Shown here piece after piece: positions 13,468 to 25,724 of a stretch of DNA of 64,000 bases. Each line of letters starts with the position of its first letter. The first letter of the stretch is position 1. Position numbers and translations under genes: made by a program. The notes beneath the pieces were generated by a model. It saw only the letters and a program-made list of their open reading frames with translations. It was not told the origin of the DNA and searched no databases. Location of the stretch: contig NMRA01000278.1 of the NCBI GenBank assembly GCA_002633005.1, positions 339,873-403,872 of the forward strand, given 5' to 3'. The DNA comes from Phoronis australis (lineage: Eukaryota > Animalia > Phoronida).

Positions 13468-15179
13468 CTACAACATATACATGACTCTTACACATGTATA
13501 ACTAAATAGAATATTTTCTCTGGCTTCTGAACTTGGATAAATTCTAAGTTACCAATGAAAATTGTGAAAATTGTGATAACAACTCTTAAATTCTGCACCA
13601 AAAACCCAATCTTTATAGAGGCAATGTAATTTGTATTGAACGTACATGTATATATGAACGCTAGGCTTTCCTAGAGATTTTCCCTGTTACTTAAGTTTGT
13701 AAGAATAAATCCAACAAATCGTAATTTTTTAATAAAATTTAAAAAATACACGGTCTTTTACATCATCTCAAAATTATTAGTTTTGCATGTGCAGTTCTCC
13801 TTGGAAATCTGAGTGGCACGTCCCATACAAACTCATATGGTACCTTTAGGGTTAGTGTTAATATCTGTATACAGCAAAACACCGTTTTAGTATTCCCCTG
13901 TTATGGGTCCATTACACTTTTCATAACCATATCTGCTAATAAGCTGGGTACTCCTCACGCCGATGGAAAAGACTTCAGGTGACTTTAAAGAATATTCAGT
14001 ACTATCATGTAACTGGGGTTGTATTTACTTATTATTTTGATACCCTGAAGGCAATTTTAATGAGTTTAACCAATATATGATTCACTGTAAGAACAATTTG
14101 ACAAAAAGTGGAAATCTCCGGAGTTATCCAAAACGGCATTATTACTAGAGATTCTGCCAACATCCAGCACATTGTTACAAAATCCAGTGAGGGCATTTCC
14201 TGTACGCTTTGAGTCCCCACACTTCACTGCCACAACTGAGTATTGGGAAAACCATTTTGTCAAAAACCTCAAAGACAACTGGTGGTGGGTGATTATAGCG
14301 GATCTTCAGTTCTTCGGAAACCCAGAGAGAAGGCGAGTGAGGAGGGGCGGAGAGAGGTGTTGAGGAGAGTCAGAGAGAGGGATAAAAGGTTTGCATTTGG
14401 ATGGAACGCAGGTTTATAGCCACTTCAAACAAATGTAATTTGCCTGTGAACTAAAAATTGCATTCCTGATCAGTTAGCTTCGATTCTTTTTGCAATTATT
14501 GCGCTGGGTATGACGAAACTATGGGTACTGCAAGCGACCGACAAAATCCAGATGTCAATTTCTTCTTTGCCCCGAAAGAAAATTATGAATGCAGAAATAC
14601 AAAAAATGCCTTGGCAGCGATTAGCTCGTCCTAACTGCCTTTTTCGTGTGGATATGATATATCATTGCAAATCTATTTGCCGTATTACAAAATGCCGGAT
14701 ATTTTGATGCATAGGCAGGACAGCGAGAGAAGCCTCCGAAAGTCCCTCCAAAAGTGGATCAGTTGGCAAGAGGTATTAGGGTCGAAAATACCTGTTCAGG
14801 TATTGATTAGGAAGGAATTTTGGATGTATTGACCTACCTAGATTTTGTATTTAACGCACACGAGGAATCACTTCTATTACAATCAGCAACTCAAGTCTCT
14901 ATATTATCAGCAAAGACACGTCATATTTAAAAGAACTTCCCGGTTCCTGGGGCGTTTTTCCTTGTCTTGGCGGAACAGCTTTACAGATGGGAGTTTAAAA
15001 ACAGGTCGACAGACGAAAGACATCCCAACATTCTATAGTGTCACACTCGGTTAGGGTGGTGTAAGACCAACTCCTTTATCACATAAAAGCATTGTTCCTG
15101 GGCGATAAGTCACCTACAAGGACAATCAGCCATTAAACCTGGGCAGTATAGCTCGTTAGTCATGGAACGTAGCCATTCT

Positions 15180-17870
15180 CGACGAACGACTCTCCGAAAT
15201 ATGTAGTATAATCATAAATGGTGATTTCAATGCCCGAAACTCTACATGGTACAATGATGATCATGACAATACGGCCGGACTACAATTGTTTGATATTTTA
15301 TTGTCTAATGACTGCATACAACTAATTAATGTGCCAACCCGTATCACCGACGTTTCTCATTCATGTATTGACCTCTGTATAACAAACAATTTGAATATCA
15401 TCGACTCATGTTCTGTACTACCTCCTGTTGGCAATTCTGATCACCACACTATCGAAACCACTCTAACGCCTAAAAACCGATTAAAGATCAACACACCACT
15501 CGTACCAACTGGAAATATGATCAGGTCGACACCGATAAACTGCGTCAGGATATTACCAACACTGACTGGGATTCCATCTTGAACACTGGCGACATTGATG
15601 ACATTGTTTCACTCTTCATTAGTACTATCTATGAAATTTAAAAAAAAATACATCCCATCAACTGAAAAGATAATTAAACACAACAGCCAACTTTGGTTCA
15701 ACATTAATGTTAAACGGGCAATCCGCACAAGAAACAGACTTTACAGCTCTTTCAGAAGATCTAACAACACTATAATCTACAACAGATACAAGAAGCAGTC
15801 AAGTCTGGTTGAAACTTTAGTAAATCAAGCCAAAGCTGATAACTGACACAAGCTTTTTCAACAAATTAACAGCGCAAGCAAGAATTCCGAAGAATACTGG
15901 AACATCATAAATGAAATACGCGGCAGTAAACAACAATCCTCCTATCCTGTCATCAACTATAATGGTAACCTAGCCTCAAGTAGGAGAGACAAGTGTGAAT
16001 TGTTTCTCAAAATTTTCACGAACAAAACCCACATTACACCAACTGAAGTAGGCAACTTTCCCTTTCTTCCTGAACGTTGTCTCAATCAACTGTCTGACAT
16101 CCCGGCTAATCAAACTGATGTCTGGAAGTATCTCAATGAAATTGACCCCAATAAGAATGATGGCACATCTTTAATAACCAGCAAGATGATCAAAATGTTT
16201 GCCAACGAAATTACCATGCCCCTGACCAATCTGTTTAACAAACCTCTTCAGCTAGGTATATATCCGTCTTCTTGGAAACATGGAATTATGTCCCTATACA
16301 GAAAAAGGCTCCAAAACTGAAATTTCAAATTATCGCCCAATAACTTTACTTAACACCCTGTCTAAAATCTTCGAGAAGGTCATTGCTCAAAGTATTTTTA
16401 TATTTCTCAAACAAAACAACTTGATCTATCATCGTCAATTTGGTTTTTGCGTGGGAACAGCACCGTGGTACAACTTGTTGAAATAGTACATGACATTCAT
16501 TTACATTTTGAAAAGGGCGAGAGTGTCAGGTCCTTTTTTCTAGATATAGCTTCTGCTTTCGACTGTGTCCCTCACGACCTTCTACTTCACAAACTTCGAT
16601 CCTATGGCATTACTGGTAATCTTTAAACATGATCACCTCATATCTCTCTGAAAGAACATACAGTGTTCGTGTCGACGGCGTACTTTCAACTTTATCCCCT
16701 CCTTGATTTGTAAACGCAGGCGTACCTCAGGGTAGCGTATTGGGCCCTCTTCTCTTCTTGGTTTATATTAATGACCTTCCTGATAACCTGTCATGTAGCA
16801 CATACCTTTATGCAGATGACACGGCGCTTTTTTACCCCTTCGCAGGGAGCAGCCCTGAATTTTCTTTGCAGTTTCAACACGACTTAAATAAACTCAGCTA
16901 TTGGTCACAAGAATGGAGAATGAATTTTAAACCAGAAAAAAGTGTTGACCTCACCTTCTCCAAATCTATTAATGCTCTCTTCCTTGTTGACCCGTCTTAT
17001 GACCTTAAACTTAATGATGAAATCATTCCTAGAAAACAGTCGCACAGACATCTGGGTATACAGTTAGATGAAAAACTCTCATTCACCCCTCGCGTTCGGG
17101 AGCTCGTACAAAAAACTCAGGAACTAATTAACCCACTTAAGCTTGTCTCTCGTCATCTGATTTCTACACATTTAGAAGTTTTGTTCAAATCCTTTATATT
17201 TCCACACACTGATTGTTGTGATATTATATATATCAGTCTGCCAATACGGGTGCACTCCAACATTTGGAGAAGTTACAATATCAACCCGCCTTACTCATAA
17301 CCGGAGCTTACAGGGGATCCAATAGTGTTAAGGTATTGAATAGTCTCAAGTGGCCCAAACTGTCTACTCGACGCAATCTTCACATGACCACATTTACTTT
17401 CAAGGTAATAAACAATGTCAACAACGTGTCTGCCAAAAAAATATTTGATCTATATACTAGACAAGGCCATCGTAGTGATTTGAGATCCTCCACCCCATAT
17501 GCAATTCCTCCGTCGTTCAGTCAGGCATTCAGAACGTCTACAGTCATGATGTGCATCAACAACTGGAATTCTCTTCCAGTCTCTGTTAAGGAAAGCAACT
17601 CTTTTACAAGCATAAAAAATAATTTTAGAACTGTTTTTCATAATTTTGATAACTCAACACCCTTGACTCAATTCTCCCTTACCCGCGATAACGAAATAGC
17701 ATTGTACAGATCAAGATGTGGCCTTTTCAACTCTGACAAGTTCAGGCACAACTTTAGTAATGACTCTCCAAACTGTAAATGTGGTGACCATCAATCTGTA
17801 ATCAATCTGTATATATCTGTAATTGCATATCTAAGTATTGGAATACTTATTTTAGATACTACTTAATTGT
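15180..17870 (+). mobile_element. 5'-truncated, frameshifted CR1/L2-group LINE ORF2 (APE endonuclease plus reverse transcriptase) in an intron of gene A
   Basis: APE motifs IINGDFNA, PTR...CIDL, NSDHH; RT motifs SNYRPITLLNTLSKIFEK, FLDIASAFDCV, GVPQGSVLGPLLFLVYINDLP, LYADDT and HLGIQLD. Several stops and frameshifts. Confidence 0.92.
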
Positions 17871-18329
17871 ATATACCTCTATGTATATTATTTTCATTTA
17901 TGAATTGTTTACAACCCAGATATAATGCTTTGCGGTTTCTGGGTTTGTTATTATTTCTTTGTATGTTCTGTGTATTCTTCAATAAATATATATCACTTAA
18001 AAGACTATCCGAAATATAATCACGAAAACCTCATCTCCAAAACTTCCTCAAAAGGAAATCATTTGTATTCAGGAGACACACCTCACCTACGCTTATCGAT
18101 TCTTCATCAATAAATACAAGCTCTGCCGACATGATACATGCGAGCAATCGTTTCAAGGGATGTGTTCTCCCCCTAGTACAGAACAGTATTCCACCGATAA
18201 GGGTTTGGGGGCATTGGGAGACAATGGATTTATTGCAGTGAACGCAGTGCTGCAAGAGAGAAATTATCATCATTAACTTCTTCATTCCATTGAACAAAAT
18301 CCTTCAACTACAAATCTTCCCCTGTCTAA

Positions 18330-19250
18330 CCAAGACCCACTCATAGTCGTTGACTTCAACGGTCTTTTACAAATCCGAAGATGTTAAGTCCTGAACACTG
18401 GAGAACAAATTAAAGTTTTTGTGATCAACAGTTGTTTCATCGTAATCAGCTAGAACCATGATGAGCCGACCCGCCTATTGGAAGACGCCAAGTACTCCAG
18501 ACCTTGTCACCACCACGGAGGACATTCAGAAGCAGGTGACAGGGATGTTGCAAACCAGTCAGGAAAGAGTAACTACCCATAGGTCCTGCTGAAGCTCTCG
18601 CTACTGGAACACACAGACATGCTTCAGAAATAATTGAAGCACGAGTATTAGATCACAATGTTCGCCCAAGACATAGAAACGGTGTTAATTATAAACTGAA
18701 AACACTGACCGTTTTTGTACACCTGCCCAAAGCCATCGGCAGGTTCACGAATGAAGATCTTCTCATGACGTTCCCACAAACATAAGTATGCAACAAGGTG
18801 TACGCGTGGATTAACAGTTACCTGCTAAAAATGCCGTCCCCAGTAAAACTGGAAATACAAATTATCACGTTGCTGAGTATTACAGAAGGCATAACGCAGG
18901 GCAGCGTAATTGTGTCCACGCTTTTTGTTGTTTTTATGGCGTTTCTGACCACCTGTTCATGCACATCTCCTGGATTTTCCAAGACCTGGCTGTATGGACA
19001 AAACGACAGTACATCACCACAGTAATGCACAGAATGTAGGAAGCCCCGTTATCTTAGAATGTGTGGACGTCTAGGATCAACAGGACCAAAACCGAGGCAC
19101 ATGCTTTTCCCTCAATCTCTAGAAAAAAGAGTTCTCCCAGCAGCACGAATGCCAGAATATTCCTCAACAAGAAACACCAATCTTGTCTGCCTCGAGGGTT
19201 AAACTGCAAGAAAGACTTGCGTGTCTGCCTTTGCCCAGAAAAGCAACTAA
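18330..19250 (+). mobile_element. Highly decayed, internally deleted LINE remnant (possibly I/Nimb group)
   Basis: Fragments resembling APE (LIVVDFN, NHDEPTR) and RT (VYAWINSYL, EGITQGSVIVSTLFVVFM). Confidence 0.5.
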
Positions 19251-19309
19251 GAAAGTGTTTGTGGTGAAGAAGATGCATGGTAACGGAGAGGGCAGACGTT
19301 TGGCACAAG

Positions 19310-20450
19310 AAAAGTGGTTCTACAATAAGAAATTGGTAAAAAGGGAATCTTATTACAAGTATCTCGGTGTGACGTTTTCTTGTAAATTAAAATGGAATGA
19401 TAAGTGTAGAATATCAGCTTTACGAGCTAGAAAAGCAATGACCATGTTAAAAGCATGTTTAACCAAAGTCAAGTGTAGATCCCCGCATGTATGTTTTAAA
19501 TTGTTTGATAGTATGGTAGTTCCTATGTCGAGATATGGGCTACAGTATGTTCGAAAGACATAAAAAGTGTTCAAAATGATTTCTGTAAATGGGTTGCTGG
19601 TGTCCCAAAGAAAACAAGTAACGTTATGGCCAGAGGAAAATGCGGCAGGCATTTATTATCTGTGAAATACTTGTGCATACCAATAATCTACTGGACCAAA
19701 ATTCTACAGTAACCTCAGATACCCAAAGAAAAGTTACAGGATGCTGCAGGTCGACTGTGAAAGAGGATGAGCAAATTGGGCCAGTGCAGTTAAAGATATT
19801 TTATTCAGATACGGGCTTGGGGCGGTATGGATAAGTGGACCGGGTAACATTGATTCATTTATATCAGAATTTAAGCAAAGATTATTGGATTGTGGTGCCC
19901 AAGAATGGAGAATATCAGTGCAGAGCTCTAGCAAGTCCTCATTTTACTCTATTATCAAAACAGATTTATCTTCTGAAGAATATCTTTACTGTCTATTACC
20001 AACTCTACGAAGAATTCTAGCCAAATTCGGGTGCTCTGGACACCAACTGAAAATAGAAACTGGTAGGCACCATGACATTCCAAAGGAAGATAGACTTTGC
20101 GAAATTTGCAACCGTTCGGAAATTGAAGACAAAATACACTTATTACTTAAATGTCCCGTACTTAACGACATTAGAATGATTTTTTTCCCAGAAATATCCC
20201 GACAGCATACTGACATCGAAAACGTCAAATACTTATTCAAAACAAAGTCTGGAAATATTCTGAAAAGACTATCCTTATTTATATTAAAGGTTTATGGTAT
20301 TAGACAGGAAACTCTAACATTGTAACGTGTAAATATGTATATATGTATTGAATACTCGGACATGAAAATGCCACCTATTGTTGCAATGTAATGTGTACAA
20401 ATGAGCTTAGCTCCAAGTGCAAATAAACAACCTCTCTCCCTCTCCCTCTA
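19310..20450 (+). mobile_element. 3' fragment of an RTEX-like LINE
   Basis: YYKYLGVTFS, FKLFDSMVVPM, and LKIETGRHHDIPKEDRLCEICNRSEIEDKIHLLLKCP (C-terminal Cys/His motif), followed by AATAAA and a CT-rich tail. Confidence 0.8.
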
Positions 20451-22105
20451 CCTTTCCTTTTTTCAGAAATTGTCGATGGAAATGATAAAATAAACACTTT
20501 TTGGCTTATTAATGTTAGCTCAGGAAGCCTCAGGCTCACGTGTCTTTCCTTAGCTATTTATGGGCTGAATGCGCTATGTATATCACACGACCCATATGAA
20601 CTGGTGTGTGCTGACTTCTGTTCTGAAAACTTGGGTTTTGGGCAGGAGAGGGTGTATTTGAGAGTATTGAGGCTATTTTATTTCAATTTTTTGTACTTTT
20701 GTCTAAATTTATTGGTAGAATATTAATAAAACTATAAAAACAGCAACATCCTTTACAAAAGGTGGTCCGAAAAGGTATTGCACTATTTACAATTTCCTTG
20801 ACTTATTACCGACGGAAATTTTATGTCTCATGAATCATTTTGTGTCTTATGAATCATTTGGTGATAGGTATTATTCTCTACTTCATTTAATATTTATGTG
20901 TGAAGATTTTCCAAACTTCCCCAGTTATAGAATGTTGTGTGAACAAAAGCCAACATCCCAAATTAATATCTTTACTAAACTTGAAGTGGGAATTGCAAGT
21001 CAACGTTACTGAATGTACACACATCGTGGGGAGCGGTGTATTTCTGTTCTCTTAATTTTGCTTGGGATACGGGGATAATGTGGTTCGAGATAAGGTTCCT
21101 TTATAAAATTGTGTTTAATATAATTCGTGACAAAACTGATACCAAGCATTCAGATCCCGCTCCACGTTTTATAAGAAGCAGTAAATATGAGTTACCGGGA
21201 TTGCAACGTAACGAAAAATGTCTGCCTTGCTATACTTCAATACAAAAATCCAAAATGTACTTAAAATCTCTCGACGGATATTTTGTTTGGTAAGCTACAT
21301 CAATCGGATGTAATTAATTTACTTACGTGTTTGGGAAAATATCACATTTACCACCACATAGTCAGTGATACTACTCCCTTCAACTGAACGTTTTAGGAAA
21401 GAAGTGGTACATACAATAGGAAAGTGTGCTTTTTCTCTCATCTGTTTCTTTGATTATTAGCTAACGTTGCAGTTTTAATCTCGTGTCGAAATAAGCGGTT
21501 GTACATTTATCCCATACGTGTTGAATCTGTAGAGGGAAATACGGCCATGTAATAATGTTTTCCGTATTCACCCCCCTCTCTACTTCAACAGTGACCTGTG
21601 ACATGGAAAGTTCAAAATGTAGGGCAATGTAGAATCGACTTCGTTAGCAGGTTAGATTATCAAACTTTCGGAAAATAGCTTAAAGTAAAATGTAATACAG
21701 TTGTGACAGTGAGAATAACACTCAACATGCAATGAGGTCTCAATCGTAACACCTGGAACCGGACTTTTAATTATATGACAGTTCTGTCTCAGTTTCCATT
21801 TGCTAAATACTGTACATTCTGCAACTCAGACGCTGATTCTTCTGTTACTACCATATCAAATATTGTTTTTATTTAACTATTTTCAGGAGATGTTACAAAT
21901 TCAGTGCAAAGTTACCGTTGTTTTTATCTCTGTTATCTCTTTTCAAGTAATAAATCCTTACATTTAAAACTGTTTCTTTTACTAGAGAAAATTTGCACCC
22001 TAACGCGCTGATGGAATGCAATTGTTGTGGGCTTTAAGCATTGATCAACTGAACTTTTTCTTTCCTTCATCGAAAATATTTTTTGAGTCAGAAACTCAAC
22101 ACTAC

Positions 22106-22216
22106 CTTGACAAGAATTGCCACTGTAGCCGTGATCGCATTCACATCTATATGACCCAATCGCATTTTTGCAAGCTGCGTTGCTTCCACACGGGTTTTGA
22201 AGACACTCGTCGATAT
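22106..22216 (-). CDS. Gene A cbEGF exon (111 nt, phase 1-1), third copy of a 282-bp triplication
   Basis: tttcag|...|gtagtg; DIDECLQNPCGSNAACKNAIGSYRCECDHGYSGNSCQ. Confidence 0.88.
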
Positions 22217-22387
22217 CTGAAACATTCACAAAACATTTCACTAGAATTCTAATAATAATGTCAATGTTTATAACGTCATCAGTTCAAGAATAGTTTTCTG
22301 CACTTGAACGCCAACTGCTACCACACGCGGCTGAGATGTTACCCTCCTTCAGCGAAACAAATAATGAAATTACAAACTCAACACTAC

Positions 22388-22498
22388 CTTGACAAGGATT
22401 GCCACTGTAGCCTTGATCGCATTCACATCTATATGATCCAATCGTATTGATGCAAGCTGCGTTGCTTCCACACGGGTTTTGAAGACACTCGACAATAT
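22388..22498 (-). CDS. Gene A cbEGF exon (111 nt, phase 1-1), second copy
   Basis: ttgtag|...|gtagtg; DIVECLQNPCGSNAACINTIGSYRCECDQGYSGNPCQ (D>V in the Ca-binding motif). Confidence 0.85.
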
Positions 22499-22669
22499 CT
22501 ACAACAATAACAGAGGATTTCACTCAAATGCTAATGATAATATCAATGGTTATAACGTGATCAGTTCAAACATAGTACTCTGGACTTGAACGCCAACCGC
22601 GACTACACGCATCTGAGGTTTTACCGTCCTTCAGCAAAACAAATAATGAAATTACAAACTCAACACTAC

Positions 22670-22780
22670 CTTGACAAGGACTGCCACTGTAGCCTTGATC
22701 GCATTCACATCTATATGATCCAATCGTATTGATGCAAGCTGCGTTGCTTCCACACGGGTTTTGAAGGCACTCGTCGACGT
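22670..22780 (-). CDS. Gene A cbEGF exon (111 nt, phase 1-1), first copy
   Basis: ttgtag|...|gtagtg; DVDECLQNPCGSNAACINTIGSYRCECDQGYSGSPCQ. Confidence 0.88.
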
Positions 22781-23944
22781 CTACAACATTCACAAAACTT
22801 TTCACTCGAATTTTAATAATAACCCCATTGTATGTAAAGTGATCAGTTCAAACATATCACCCTGGATGTAAATACTGAGCTTGCGCATGTGCGGGTAGTT
22901 CTTTGAACTCGTTTGTCCCGGTGTTTTTGTGGAATATTGGGCTTAGGGTGGAATTTTTTTTAGTACAAAAGAAATTATTTTGTTAATGTTATAGAAAAGT
23001 CGTATGAACAGAGATCCCTCCGTGTATGGTTACACTGAAAGAAGTAAACAAATAAATGGATGGATCAATCCATAACTAATTTTTCATATCTGACAAGTTA
23101 AAAACATAGTCTTTAGTTCTAAAAATCAAGAGTGTTAGCAAAAATGAGAAAAGCAACAAAGAGTGTAATAGCAATCCACTTCATAAACTAATTGATTAAT
23201 TAGTTAATAAACTACGTGTAATGACATTTATTTTATTTAACATAGACATGAAAAGGACCAGAAAGTTTATATAACAGACTAATTAAGCCATCTAGGAAAA
23301 GGTTTCGATGATTCAAAAAATTGCTACACAGTTGATACGAGGAATTATGTATCTTAATATGTTGATTTGACCTTTGTGCCGTTTCGTGCAAATACATTTA
23401 CATTTTTCAGAAAGAAATTGGCATATAATGACTTTTACAAAAAATTGTTCTGAACTAATAACTCCAAATACCTTTACGAAATTTGCCTTCAAAGATTTCT
23501 GATCGATAAAAATGGGCAAACATCTATCGTGAAGGTCTGGTATATAGTGTGGAGAGCATATTAGATTCATTCGCAGTTTTGGACTTTGCATAGAACTTTT
23601 GAAGTAAACTCGTTTCTTCACAGACTAAAAAGTTAATGATACTGAGTGTGTGTCATAGTAAACCAGATACTTTGGAGCACAATTTCACAAATTTTACATT
23701 ATTAAAATGGATTTCGGTAAATACCAGTATTTATAACAAAGTTGAAATGATATGTGTAAGACCTTTTTGAATAGCTGTCAACCTTCAAGAAGGAAAAACC
23801 GAGACCAGTGGTTTGAAAAGCCGTTCATACGGATGAGCAGCAGTACCTAAGTGTGACAAAATGAAAAGGTAAAATGTTCGCCACTACACACAACGACATC
23901 ATTTTTTGACGAATGGGCGACTACATTTGCAGCATAAAACTCAT

Positions 23945-24830
23945 TAATGTCCCGTTTTCATGCACCACATATTTATATGTGGGTACATAGGCAGTCATCT
24001 CAGTCTGGGCGTCCGTCGTCCGGCATCCGCAGCTATATCTAATAAGCCCCTCACAGGATCTTGATGAGATTTCGCAGATGTGTGCCTACAAAAGCTCACG
24101 ACATATGACGACCAACTTCCAAACAGATCCGACTACTGGTGTGCCCCCTAGTGTCAATTTTAGTTTTTTACGTTTCCTCTGTATCTTCAAAGGTCCTCAG
24201 ATTTTCATGAAACTTGGCACATAGGCATCTATTAATGAGATGACACTATCCAAGAATTTTGATATTAATTTGGCGTAGTTTGCACTACCTAGTGGCCACT
24301 TTTACTGTTTTGAGCCTGTTTTTGGCGTCCACCCCTCTATCAACCAAACCACTCTAAGGATGATTGTGAAAATTCGGATGTGTGTTCTTACTGTGAAGAC
24401 AGCAGCTGAAGACGATTTTACGACCACTTCGACTACTGTGGTGCATCCTAGCGGTAGCTTTGTTTTGTTTTGCGCTCATACTTGTATTTACTAAGCCCAC
24501 AGCAGGATTTTATCAAATTTAGTAAGTGTATTTATATGAAGCTACCAACAGACGACGACTTTCAGGCGGATCCAAGAAACGTTGTGCCCCCTAGTGAAAA
24601 TTTCATTTTTTCCGTTGTCCTTTGTTTCTGTGAATTTCCTTGACAGATTCATATGGAATTTGGTAAATAGCTTTCTATTAAAGAAGCGATTCGATGTTTT
24701 TGCGCTGTCGTGAAGCCATTTCTATGATACAAATAAACAGTCCTAGAAGCACACCGTCTGTGGTGCACTTGTGAGGCCATTTCAACGCTCCGAATTGTTC
24801 TTGTTTCTTTTTTAGTTGATCGAGACACCA
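23945..24830 (+). mobile_element. Interspersed repeat with diverged ~150-bp internal subrepeats (Helentron-associated/HINE-like); boundaries approximate
   Basis: GTCCGTCGTCCG microsatellite-like block; GTGCCCCCTAGTG-like motifs near 24141, 24288, 24443 and 24584; TTCATGAAACTTGG motif. A related copy lies inverted at ~55560-56310. Confidence 0.5.
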
Positions 24831-25409
24831 AATAGGAGCATGTCGCGTGATAAATCACAATAGCATGCGATAATATGTCTATCTTATCTTCTGTTAAAAG
24901 CGGGACATTTCGATGGTGTTTCAGAATGGCTGGAAAAACTTCAAAATGGGGACAGTCAGTTCAAGAATAAGACAGTTGGCAAGTACATCTTCAAACACAT
25001 TGACAGGTATAATATTTTAATATTTAACCTTAGTACTTTTTTATTTTTTGTATAATGTAGAAATGTGTACAGCGAAAAATGTGAGCATGAAATGTTTGGT
25101 TCAGTAAATTTGAATGCCATTAATACAACAAGTTATTTTTGTTTATTTTTAATAATGCTAATACATCAGCAATCTAGAAATCTGTGGTTCGATTTCCAGT
25201 TGGGGTTCCTGATTTTTCTGTGTTTATTTGATATATTTCATTACTGGCCAACCTCAGCATCTATATATTTACTAGATCTAGTTAACACATGGTGGTGAAT
25301 TGCTGATTGTATATATAATTGTCTAAATCCCGTGTGAAAAAGGCGAAACGCCGCTCATGGGATGTATGAGTTAACAGTTGGCTGTAAACAGTAATTGCAC
25401 AGATATCGA

Positions 25410-25548
25410 GTCCTCAGTAGCTCAGTGGAGAGAGCACTAGACCGGCAATCTAGAGACCTGTGGTTCGATTCCCAGTTGGGTTTCCTGATTTTGATGTGTT
25501 TATTTGATATATTTCATTACTGTCCAACCTCAGCGTGTATATATTTAC
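25410..25548 (+). mobile_element. tRNA-derived SINE head / pseudo-tRNA; a partial second copy lies at ~25169-25273
   Basis: A box TAGCTCAGTGG, anticodon-arm-like CTAGA-CCGGCAA-TCTAG, B box GGTTCGATTCC. The acceptor stem is poor and the downstream body is duplicated nearby. Confidence 0.65.
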
Positions 25549-25640
25549 TACATCAGCAAAGATGGAGGACTATTCTCGTTTACCATAACAGGAACGTTAT
25601 CACAGTGTTGTTAGTTTGGTGAGAGCCTGTTTTGCTATAC

Positions 25641-25724
25641 CTGGCACTGTGCACGTGTAGGAACCAACGGTATTTGTACACTTCTGGTTTGAGTAGCAGG
25701 GAGACGTCAAACACTCGTCAATGT
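25641..25724 (-). CDS. Gene A truncated cbEGF exon (84 nt, phase 1-1, four Cys only)
   Basis: tttcag|DIDECLTSPCYSNQKCTNTVGSYTCTVP|gtatag; the donor position is inferred. Confidence 0.65.

Noticed and set aside
21327-21595. Possible extra gene A exon (SEA-like GSSITDYVVVNVIF before a gtaagt donor)
   Set aside because: No open frame links a good acceptor to this donor; similarity too weak to call.
25410-25485. Functional tRNA gene (GGC anticodon-like loop)
   Set aside because: Poor acceptor stem, and it continues into a body sequence duplicated nearby; better explained as a SINE head.
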